A stretch of DNA of 64,000 nt from the NCBI RefSeq assembly GCF_009914755.1, contig NC_060928.1; one strand, written 5' to 3'. A program made the translations under genes and the position numbers. Origin of the DNA: the human T2T-CHM13v2.0 reference genome, Homo sapiens. Positions 43,436-54,814 of this stretch are shown here, one piece after another. The notes under the pieces are model-generated. The model did not search any database and was not told the origin of the DNA. It was given only the letters and a program-made list of their open reading frames with translations. Position 1 is the first letter of the stretch, and each line of letters opens with the position of its first letter.

Positions 43436-44013
43436 AATGGACCTCTTTAACTATCTCCCTCCCTAGGTTATCGTTATCTACTTCTGTGATTTTTAAGCAC
43501 TACCTTTTAACTCTCAAATTGATGAAGATCACTCTTCTGATTCATAGACTTGTATATTTAACTTCCTACCAAATCTGGCTCATGACACTAAAATCTAACC
43601 ATTTGCTTATATGTCAGAAACGTGGCAGCCATTCTTGTCACTCTCTCCCTTACCTTACATGTTCAGTCAGTCATCAAATCATGTAATTTTTTGTTCCTAA
43701 ACGTTGTTCAAATACATTCTTTATCATTACCTATTTAAAACAACCATCTTTTCTTATCTTTATTACTATGAAATAGCCTTCTAATTTGCATTTCTTATTG
43801 ATTCTTTTGTAAAAAATTATTTGATAGATTTCTTGTTGTTTTGCTTTTAATACATAGGATTTGGAGTAAACAAAATATGAAGGGAAGGAAATAGAAAATA
43901 AATATAAATATAAGCCATTTTGCTGATGCTTTTATAATTGTAGCAAACAGACAAATAGGGCAGTCTGAAGATTTTCATCTCTGCTATATGGAGATTAGGC
44001 TGTAGCTCTTATT

Positions 44014-44436
44014 ATTTTTTTCTTTTAATTTAATTTTATTTTAAATTCTGGGATACATGTGCAGGACATGCAGGTCTGTTACATAGGTAAATGGTGCCAT
44101 AGTTGTTTGCTGCACCTATCAGCCCATCACCTAGGTATTAAGCCGTGCATGCTTTAGCTATTTATCCTGGTGCTCTCCCTCCCCCCGCTCCTGCCTCCAG
44201 GCCCCAGTATGTGTTGTTCCTCTCCCTGTCTCCATGTGTTCTCATTGTTCAGCTCCCACTTATAAGTGAAAACATGTGGTGTTTGGTTTTCTGTTCCTGT
44301 GTTAGTTTGCTGAGGATAATGCCTTTGAGCTCCATTCATGTACTTGCAAAAGATATGATCTCATTCCTTTTTATGATTGCATAGTATTCTGTGGTGTATA
44401 TGTACCATATTTTCTTTAACCAGTCTACCATTAATG
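44014..44436 (-). mobile_element. Short 5'-truncated L1PA (about PA8-10) 3' UTR
   Basis: ctgggatacatgtgcaggacatgcagg...cccacttataagtgaaaacatg; diverged TSD tgtagctcttatt / tgtagccctcatt. Confidence 0.9.
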
Positions 44437-46971
44437 TGTAGCCCTCATTTTTGACTGGATCGCTAAATATGTAGAGCAATGCATGAAAAAAAAAAACAGA
44501 TTTGACTAGGACATTGAAGACTTGGCCCAGGGAGAGACAGAGAAATGTTTGATTCATCTATCATGTAATTATTTACGTTCCCTTCCCCTAGTGCAATGGC
44601 AGGTGATTTAGTCCATACAGTCAAAATCTTCCTTGAATAGATATGAAATGACCTTCTGTGTATCTCTCCCATGACTAAGGAGCACCTTCTTCAAGTCGTC
44701 AGTGACCACTGATATTCCAACTTCTTTGTTCATCCCTCTTCTCTTACTCTAGAAACACTCACTTAGCTACTTTATATATTAACATGATTTTAGCCTATAT
44801 TCTACTCCTGAATTCTAGACTCGTGAATTCAACTGATTATTAACCATTTGCAGATATCCTGACACCTTAAATTTAACGTATTTCAACTGAATTAATTATA
44901 TTTGTTATAACCTCAACCAATTAATTGGCTACTTGCCTCTTAGACTATATTTAGTCTTTTACTTATTGATATGTTTTGTCCCATAATTTCATGTCTGAAG
45001 TAATATTCCCTTCTATGAAAGCCCCTAGTTAATAGCCTAGGGTTACCTTGGCAAGTCTCTGACCCCAGTCCATGGAGACCAAGAGGAGTCACCTGACTCT
45101 TGATCGGTCACCTACTTCTAGCCTCCTGACTTCCCATCCCTAGTCTGGTATCTTTAGTTACCATCACACACAAGTTCATCAAGGCCTTATAGCATATCGA
45201 GTCAAAAAGCACCAAATAGGCTTATCAGTAGGGGAGAGACCCCAAGGAGAAGGAAACAGAATGACAAGAGGTTTCAATAATGAAGTGGCTAAAATTTCAG
45301 AAAAGAAGTAAAGAATAGGATTAATTTCTGCGGAAAACAAGTGAGCAAGAATAGGGAGCTATTTCTTTTATTATTTGATATTTATATTTTATGTGCTTTC
45401 CTCACAGTTAATATGTGATCAAAAGCACTTTTCACTAGCTGTATGTTTGATATGAATTTTGGAAACTTTCTGAGGTTCTGACATCTTTATCAGAGATGTT
45501 TAATTAGTTCATGTCCCTTCAGTCAGTCCTGTGGTCAGTGAGTAGTTCCAAAGTGTGGCATCCTAGCAGAAGGTTTCCAGATTTCACATCTAAAACTTTT
45601 CCAATTTATTCAGCAGATATCTATTACACACCTAATAGATGACACTGTGTTCTTTGATATAACAGATTACCTCATGGAATAAAAGTGGTAAGGAGCATAA
45701 GAAGGTATGTATATGCCTTCTTTCCTCCAAATTATTACGTTATGAGTCACTCCACAATGCCCAATGCAATGTTAACCTGGCACAACATGCAGTAGACTAT
45801 TTGACTCATTACTCTGCATTTGAATTGTTGGCATTTTCCATGTTTTAGTGTTTTCCTCTTCTAACCAAGTCTTTCCATTAGTAGCATGATAACTGAATGG
45901 CAAAAAACTTTTCTTAACAAAAACCTTTTTTTTTCCTTTGGAGTTTGGTTGCTATTAAAACAGTTAGTAACATAATTAAAAGTAATTTAAATAGCTAATT
46001 AGATAATGTTATAGAGTAATTTCCAGCCATACATTCCCATTAACAAATTCCCGTAAACAAAGTATCCATCATTTATGGAGTGCAGTTTGTCACTGGGTTA
46101 CTGATGATATAAATGCAATTATACATTCAATGGAAGAAAGCATACACAAACTCTGGTACTCCATAAAAATTGCCATACCCATAACTTTTGAATCATTCTT
46201 ACAAGTCCAAAAGATACATGGAAAATTTGGACCCCGACATTTTAACTGACTTTGCAACTGCCTAGTGTCTGGTACTAAATCATATTTTTAACAGTGAAGA
46301 CCCAGATTACAGCTATGTCAATGTATTGACAAAATTGACCCATGAGTTTAATAAACCAAATTCCCCACTTACTGAAACAAATGCTTTTTGCTTATTTGTT
46401 ATTTTTTTGTTACATTAACCTTTTTTTAAAAAACTTAATTGACTGGTTTAGTCAACATACTATAGCTAGATGAATCCAATGTTTGGAAGCAGTTTCAATG
46501 TGATTTTTTATAAAATGGTTATAAAAGTTAAGAAACAATTTGTCTCTTGATAAATGTATAAAAGTTTACACTAAAACATTCAGGGAATTCTGATATTAAG
46601 GACCTTTTGTGAAAACAAAAACAAAATCACCTCTATGATTCCATTTAAATTGACCAAAGTCCTTTTTTTAATTCAATGATTCTATTATATAAGACTTTAA
46701 ATACACTTATGAAAATGTCTATATCCATGAAAATAGCATCTCAGTATTGAAAAGGACTTCAGATTTAAATAAGCATCCAATTTCTGAGTGATAAACAAAG
46801 AGTTTTATTTTAGGGACAACAGAAATGCACATATCACAAATTCAGTGTCTATTGTGAGAGTACCTTGCTAAGTGTTGACACAAGAACAAACTTTAAAAGT
46901 AACATTATAACCAACCTTTAATTGTGCTAACTCTCTTCAATCAATGCTGTGGATGTGCTAGATTCTTCTAT

Positions 46972-47023
46972 GGGTGTGTGTGTATGTGTGTGCACACAAT
47001 AAAGAAAGAGAGAGAGAGAGAGA
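46972..47023. repeat. (TG)n and (AG)n microsatellites
   Basis: Read directly. Confidence 0.85.
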
Positions 47024-47749
47024 AATAAAATGCTGAACACCAACCAGAATGGAATTAACTGTGCAGTGCAGCTTGAATAACTTCAAGTGACCTGTTAACC
47101 TGCTAAGAAGTTTTGCCTAGGGTCTATGGTACAGTCCTACTTTTTCAAAAATATCATACAAATGAGGTAAAAACCAACACCACTCTCAACTTTTAAATTA
47201 TAGATATGTTTCATAAACCAAATCAATATTTTCTCTAAACTTCAAGAGAAAATATTTATAGTTACATGTTTTCTCTTTCTTTGCCCCTCCATTTTTCACC
47301 TCCCTGCCTCTCTCCTCCCTTCTTTTCACATTTCATGCTTCGTAAAAAAGCCACAAGAGAAGCACATATTTGTTTAAATACATGTCTTTTGTGCATGTGC
47401 ACGTTAGTGAGTTAATCAACTATAAATGCAAATTTAAGCTATCATGTATGTTTCTCTATAACTGATTCTCTTAGTGTGGAAATCAACTTATTTGACAGTT
47501 AGTAAACGCTTCATTTAAAATTTAAATTACATGCTTATAAAAGAAGATTTGTTGAGTTATCATAACTTAACATTTGACTCTTTTCCAATAATGTAGTGAT
47601 TATGTTCACAATCTTGGAGAGGGAAACTGTTAAACTTGACAGGAAAAGGCAGACCTTTCCTGTATAAAAATTAAATATATATGTCCAGCAAACATCTAAA
47701 CTTAAACGTCAAGCTAGAAAAAGTGTGTTTCTCATAAATATGAAGGACA

Positions 47750-48560
47750 AATGTTTATTTTTCTTATACAAAAAACTTTTATAACAGCAAATTTTACATA
47801 AATGTAAGCAAGCCATTCACAAATAAAAGCAATACAAAAGGTCAATAAACATATGAAAATATATTCCACAGTACAAGTAAAGTAGTACAAGTTAAAGATA
47901 TTATACCATTCTTTATCAAATTGACAAAGCTTAAAGGAATTGATAATATTTAGTTTTGAAGAAGAAAGTATTGTTGATAGAAAGTATTCATTTTCAAGTT
48001 TATTTGAAATCTATTGATATTTGCCACATTTGAAATGTATTGCCCTCTTGACTCATCAATTTCATTTTTTAGAAATGTACCTTAAAATGTATTTGGATAA
48101 TTAGGTTTTCTCAAATATATTACAGCCAAGGTGCACAGATAGGTTTAGGCTTCCTTGCAGTATTATGACACAAAAACACCAAGACCTTTCAGGATGTCCA
48201 TGAGCATAGGGCATAGTTAAATAATTTATATATTTATGAGATGTAGCCATTAAAAGTGAAGGAAACAATATCCAGATATGGAAAGATTTCCATCATATAT
48301 CATTACATTTATAAATAAAATAATACAAAATATCAAACAATATGTATAGTGTGATACTACCTGAGTAAAATTTTCAGAGTAAAGTGAAAAGAGGAGCGGG
48401 AGAACACACACATGTCTGTTTCTGTGAAGAAAATTCTAATTGGGAGGTCTCCACATGGGTAACTAATTACCTGTTGACAGTGGGGAAGAGTATGGGGAGG
48501 AGCTAAAGGAAAATATAACTTTTCCTCCAAACGAATCTCCATTTTCTTAAATAAATAGCA
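47750..48560 (+). mobile_element. Very old L1 (L1ME-like) 3' fragment, sense orientation
   Basis: caataaacatatgaaaata...atcaaattgacaaag...gcagccattaaaa-like motifs. Confidence 0.5.
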
Positions 48561-49029
48561 AGCATTAGTTCTACAGTGAACTCACAAAGTATTGCCTAAA
48601 ACAATGGACGTATGTTGTAAAATTGAAATAGATTACTTAAATAAGTATATTTAAAGTCAACAATAGTGCAATTTTTCAATGATGATTTTGTTATTAAAAA
48701 GAAAGAAGAAAGGAACACTTGCAAGTTTTATTTGAATATCTGACTGTATAAACTGGATGATATTTCTATCTAGTTTTAATCTGACACACTAGGCCAAGAG
48801 TTTAATAGAAAATCGACAGTGCCTTTTTTCATTTATAAGAAAAAAAGTGTGATAAAGATTTTAAGAAATAACTGTTTCTGTTAGATTAGAAGAAAAATAT
48901 TTATAAAGTTACTGAAGAGAAAAATATTCTAGTTTAATTAAAATTATGAATCTTAACTGCTTTATATCTTCGTATTGATTTACCCCAAACATTGGAAAAG
49001 CGAACACATGTAATTTTCCTTTGTATGTA

Positions 49030-49069
49030 GTAACGATGGCATCTCTTTTCTTCCTCTTCCTTTTGGCAG
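49030..49069 (+). promoter_or_regulatory. ADGRL3: 3' splice site: putative branch point, polypyrimidine tract and AG acceptor
   Basis: gTAAC (candidate branch A at about 49033), a pyrimidine run of about 23 nt at 49042-49064, and cAG at 49067-49069. Confidence 0.85.
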
Positions 49070-49283
49070 CTTTCAGCCGTGCCCCAATTCCAATGGCTGT
49101 GGTCCGCAGAGAGCTATCCTGTGAGAGCTATCCTATAGAGCTTCGCTGTCCAGGAACAGACGTCATCATGATAGAAAGTGCCAACTATGGCAGGACTGAT
49201 GACAAAATTTGTGACTCTGACCCTGCTCAGATGGAGAATATCCGATGTTATCTGCCAGATGCCTATAAGATTATGTCTCAAAG
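49070..49283 (+). CDS. ADGRL3: Internal coding exon of adhesion GPCR L3 (latrophilin-3): mature N-terminus plus N-terminal part of the SUEL/rhamnose-binding lectin domain
   Basis: Translation (A)[70 protein letters not shown](R) matches latrophilin-3 as I recall it (next residues CNNRTQC come from a downstream exon). Acceptor tctcttttcttcctcttccttttggcAG ends at 49069; donor AAG|gtatga starts at 49284. 214 nt = 2 nt + 70 codons + 2 nt. Confidence 0.97.
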
Positions 49284-49289
49284 GTATGA
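49284..49289 (+). promoter_or_regulatory. ADGRL3: 5' splice donor
   Basis: AAG|GTATGA at the point where protein similarity to latrophilin ends. Confidence 0.9.
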
Positions 49290-52200
49290 TACTTCTAATA
49301 TTCTTTTCTTTGTGCACAATATAAACCTTCAACATCAATCTGTGTTACATGTTAAGCATAAGAACATAAACAGTGTTATGTATTTTAGGACACTTCAAAA
49401 TAGTTTTTCCATATCTGACTATTCCTTGTATCACCAAAATGCTAATTGCAAACAGCATTTGGAAAGTATTACAATTTATTGGATTATCTATTACATTTCA
49501 TGGTCTGCATGACATTGCATGCTGTTATTTTGATAGTGTTCTTTAGAACTGAGTTCATTACATGAGAGAAGAATAAATGTATTTTTCACAATTTGCAAAA
49601 ATAAGATTTTCTCCAAATATGGCAGAAAAATTATTTTACTGCTAACAATAACTTTCTAACAATGTAGGGAAAAAAAGAAGTAAAAATTAATAGGTAATTT
49701 ATAATCATTAATCAAAATGTAGTAAGAGTATTGATTAAGGATTAGTTGGCCTTGGAAAATAATTTTAAAAGTATTCTTTTGCTATTCAGCATATGAAATT
49801 AATTTAAATATTTGAGCAATCTAAATATGGCCATATTAACATCATATAAATGAATGTATCATATAATATCAGTGGGTAAGAAATATTTTTGATTCTAAAG
49901 AGACTGGTCAGTAGGAATGCATATTATATAAGGTTTAAATTATGTTAAAATGTCTTGATAAGTTAGCTAAGTATTATATATCTCTTAGATATTTGTTCAC
50001 TATTACTATGCTTTCTCAGAAATCAGGGATAAAGTCATTCCTTTAGTATAAGCCTACAGCTATTCAGTTATTTCTTTTCCTTCTATTATTTAAGAACTTC
50101 TTTAAATATAGGGAAAACTATATTTTAGATAAAACTAAACAAATTGAAGTCTAAAGACAAAAACAGTAGATTTCAAGGATTCTCTCTTTTGTACTTAGGA
50201 AAGCCTTCCTTATTTTTCACCTTTTGTCTTCTTCATATTCAAAATTTTGATAAGTATTTTTGTGTGTAATTAATACATTCATAGTCAATATGTTATTTTT
50301 ATAAATTACTATTACATAAATTATAAATACGAATTATAATATGTCAGGTTTTTGATGATTAAAGCACTGATGTGTACTTGAAGGGTAATGAAATATGGGC
50401 AAATCTGAGGGCTTTTATTTGTCTATTACTAAAATGATGGCTCATGCTAAGGTGAGCATTAATAAGAAATAAGATATTAAAATTAGGCATTTCATTTGAT
50501 AAAAGTTTGGTTACATCTTGTTGTTCTTGTGTGTCTCTATTATCGTTACGTATTTGACATACCTCCAACTATACTAAATGCTATGCCTGAAAGAGTTCTG
50601 ATTATTTAGTTGTGTGTAGGTATTGTAATGGTGTTTCAGGAGTGGTTTTCTATGAGTAGTATGCAGTGGGCACTATGACTAAACTGATATTTTTATTTGT
50701 TTTAGTTAACCAAACATAAGATTCTGTAGAATTCATTTGGAATGTGAGTTGAGAAGGAAATTCTGCCTTTCTCTGATTCATTTTTCACTTAAAATGTAAT
50801 AGAAGCATTAGCTCTTTCATCTGTATATGATTTTCACTGAAATTGTTTTAATCCTTTCATTAATATTATTAACAGCTCCAAAAATAAGCCTTTAATCTTA
50901 TAAGTATTTCAAAAAAGTAGTTATAATGGATCCTTTGGAGTCACTGAACTATATGGGATGCGTACACTAAGTGACAAATGTGTAGAGTAAAAATACTTTA
51001 AGCACCGTTAGTAAATCACTTGTGTAAACCCTCCTGGTGGTTTCACAAATATGAGTTGTCAGTTAGCTGAAATAACTTTGGTTAATTCTCCATGGAAGCA
51101 AGTTTCTCACTTGCCTTTTAACTGTTAAATGTACTAGATTTAGACTTGTCCAAAGTAAATGTTTTTGACTCTCTGAGAAAAGAAATCAGGTTTTATTTTG
51201 TAAGCTCCCAAGAGGCACAATGTCGTGGCCATTTAAGCTGCTTTATAATGAACGTAGTTACACTATTACGCCAACCACAGCATGTTAAATAATGCTAATA
51301 ATTACTACTTATGGTATGGACATCATACTAATGGTACAAACAGTTTAAATAGATTAAAGCATTTAAACTGAAATCATAATGGAAAACATGTTTTTTTAAA
51401 AGGTATCTTAATCCTTTTCTTTTGCTTAAACTTCTAGAAAGAGACTATATCAGAGTCTAAACGTTTCTAAGCATGTCTTATGAAGGATTATTACTCAGTA
51501 TAAACAGCATGATTATCACCGTATTCTTGTATAACCTTGTTTAAAAAGCCCATAACTTGCTTCAGAGTGATGCAGTAGACAGATGTTCTAGGCAAGGAGA
51601 GATATGAAATGTCATTGAGGCAGATGTGTGAGTACACGTGAACAAAGGCATAAATTAAACTGCATACTGATGTGTAAATTAAAGCTAAGTGTGAAAAATT
51701 TGGAAGTTGAATTGAAAGGCTGTAACTCTTGATTTCCATATTTTTCTTCAGTAGAGCTTTGCAATCTGATATATGGTCTAGAGAAGCCACTTTCTTCATT
51801 GCTTTCCAGATTGCATTTTCTCCAATCACGTGTGCTCTCATGCCATTCTGTCCACCACCCACCAATCGTCCATGCTTTACTTCTGCTTCAATATCTAACC
51901 AGAGAACTTATTAAAACATCACAACAGATTTATTTGTCCTTCTCAGGAACTTATACTTTTACTCAATTATTATCACCTACATTTCTCTTTAATCTCATCT
52001 AAACATTAACAAACCTATATTATCATACAGCTGCCTTGTCTAAAGCAAATTGTAGGCTTCTAGAAGGCAGACTGCCTGTTGATTTTACCTAAAACCAACT
52101 TTGGATATATAAATGAATAAATAAATATGCTAATTTTGTTATGCCACTTAAAAGCTTTCTTAACTCTATTATTTGAATGGTTTCTATTTCTTTTTGTTTT

Positions 52201-52779
52201 TTTATATATTTTAGAGAGTTTTTTAAAAAAAATATTACACATAACTTTGGAAATCTAAATATGAAAATTACAGTTTAGCAACTGGATAACTTTAGAAATT
52301 TTACATTTGGCATTCAGCTTAGGTTTCATGTTATTCTTAACTATTAATTGAAATATTTCAGTTGTTAACCAGCACTTGAAAGTTTACAACGTGCAGTTTA
52401 CCATAACAGTTACTTTTGGGCTTGATGGATAAATAAGTTAGTCGTGTTTTCTCCCCATAAAACTATGTATTTTTTGGCAGATGAGAAAACTCAACTATAC
52501 CATTTGCTCAACATTTTACTTTTTATCTCATTTATATGTATTGAAGAGATTAAAGGAAGAAGGCTCTTTCAGCTGAATGATATAAGAGAGCATTTCACTG
52601 GAAAGGAAATCTTAGAGCTGCTTCTTGAAAGATGGCAGCATTAGTGGAACCAGAAGAGACCTAAGTGATACTAGCTATGTAAGTGGAAGAACACTAGAAA
52701 AGAACACAAGGGCATAGCTTTTTTCTAGTAATCTTTTGCTCATCCTTGGTTCACAAGTTTATTGCTGTTCTGCTGTGGA

Positions 52780-53290
52780 CGTTTTATTGATGTATAATAT
52801 GCCTACAGAAAATTCCGTATATCATACGTGTACACCTCAATGAATTTTCACAAATCAAGCTCATCCATGTAACTATCACAGATAAGGCAGAAAATTAATG
52901 TCACCTCAGAAAGCGCCCCCTTGTGCTCTGCACCAGCCATATTCCTTCCTACAAGGATTGCCCTATCCTGATTTGAAAAACTAAATTAGTTTTGCCCACT
53001 TTGTAATTTTAATAAAAGGTTTCATATATTGTATACTTTTTGTCCGGCTTCTCTCATGTAATGATTTATTTTTAATGTAAATTTGTTGAAGCATTTGTAT
53101 ATACTATATAATTCACTCATTTCAATAGTACAGTGATGTTTTTAGTGAACTTAGCAACTGTTGCAACCACTGCAATAAATCAGTTTTAGAATATTGTTAT
53201 CACCACAGTAAGATTCTGCATGCCAATTACTGTTCATCCCAATCTCCTTCCCCAACCTGTGCAGTGTCCAATCTACTTTCTGTCTATATG
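52780..53290 (-). mobile_element. Two stacked old L1 (L1MB/ME) 3' ends
   Basis: tttattgatgtataat...tgaattttcacaaa and atactatataattcactcattt...aatctactttctgtcta. Confidence 0.6.
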
Positions 53291-53637
53291 TTTATCTTCA
53301 ATGTATTATTTTAAAGCTAAAAAATGAGTATTTAAAATCAAGTTAAATTTAATGGGCTTTTCAGTGGGTACAATATAGAAAAAATATTGGCAGTTATTTC
53401 TGGAGGTATGGAAATAGATATGTTGCTTGTATTTTGAATACTCTTAGAATCAAACATCATGAATCTAGACATTTAAAAATATTTCTTTTGAGTTTTCTAT
53501 CAAGTATAGGTGTTAAATGTACAAAGTAGGAGTATTTTTTTTCTATTTAAAGGAGCGATCTAAGTTTTGTTTTAGACTCAGGGTGTTCACATATAATAGT
53601 CACATTAGGAACATGCAGAAAAGAGAGAGAGAGAGAA

Positions 53638-53935
53638 GGCCAGGTGCTGTGGCTCACACCTGTAATCGCAGCCCTTTGGGAGGCCGAGGCAGGAGTATTG
53701 CTTGATTCCAGGAGTTCAAGACCAGCCTGGATGTTTTATGAAACATCCATCTCTACAAAAAATAAAAAGTTAGCTGTACCTGGTGGGGTGCACCTATGGT
53801 CCCAGCTGCTCGGGGTTGCTGAGGTGAGAGGATGCCTTGAGCCCAGAAGGTTAAGGCTGCAGTGAGCTGTGATCATAAAACCGCACTTAGCCTGGGTGAC
53901 AGAATGAAACTGCTTCAAAAAAAAAAAAAAAAAAT
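53638..53935 (+). mobile_element. AluJ
   Basis: ggccaggtgctgtggctcacacctgtaatc...aggctgcagtgagctgtgatc followed by poly-A. Confidence 0.92.
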
Positions 53936-54814
53936 AGAGAAAGAATTGTTCCCCATCTTTCTGAAAAGTTAGTTTTCAGTTCATATCAATAGCACTGAAG
54001 GTAATTTTATAGCTTACAAAAGATCTTGCGTTCTGCTGAAGTCATTCGGGGTGATGCTAAGGATTTTTTCAATAGTGTGAGGAGGTGAAATGCCAGTGGC
54101 AGTTTTGGAGGGTACATAGCCTAGTAAGTGTTCTGCAATAACTGCATTTATATACATGAGTTATTCCGCTCAAGTATTCTCCTTTACTTCTTTGACAGAT
54201 CCATTATGTTGTCTCGTATTTCTCTTATAAACTATAACAGATCAGAAACAATACCTCATGTTAGGAACTTTTCCATTGAATCCACATTCTATGTAATAAA
54301 AAGAAAGAAAGGCATAGAACCTATAATATATAATACATTTCTTAAGGATTACTGTCTGTGTGCATGTCTCTTTAAATATAAAGGAAAAGAAAGGAGAGAA
54401 GGAAGATAACTTTTCCCAAGGCCTAAATGTAGAGAATATGGAGAAATGGGAAATTTCCTATATGGAGGGCATTTACTTATTTCTTCTCCTCTAATATTTA
54501 GCTTCTTTCAATTCTGGAAGTACATTTTGATAATGTCTGCTAAATTACTTTCAAGTATTTCTTGCTATTAATTTAATTTTGAAAGAAATTGTGTGTTACC
54601 ATATGCATTGTTCAGAGTTAAAAAATTTAGTAAATGATTCAAATATTTCATTATGGCTTATGGGAAAAGCTAAAGGGAATTGTGTTAGGTCTCCTTTGCC
54701 CACAGGAACTATTAACCCTTTATTGCAGCCATACTCAAAGCATGGTTCATGGAAATTTGGAATCCCTTTTAAGGAGTCTACAAGGTCAAACCCAGATTTT
54801 TCTCTGGTTGTATG

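Noticed and set aside
49075-49076. Downstream alternative acceptor (tttcAG) 7 nt into the exon
   Set aside because: It would frameshift, and the first AG after the tract fits the known protein.
49021-49512. 163-aa ORF as a stand-alone gene or processed pseudogene
   Set aside because: Latrophilin similarity begins and ends exactly at canonical AG/GT sites, so this is a spliced exon; the extensions are treated only as hypotheses.
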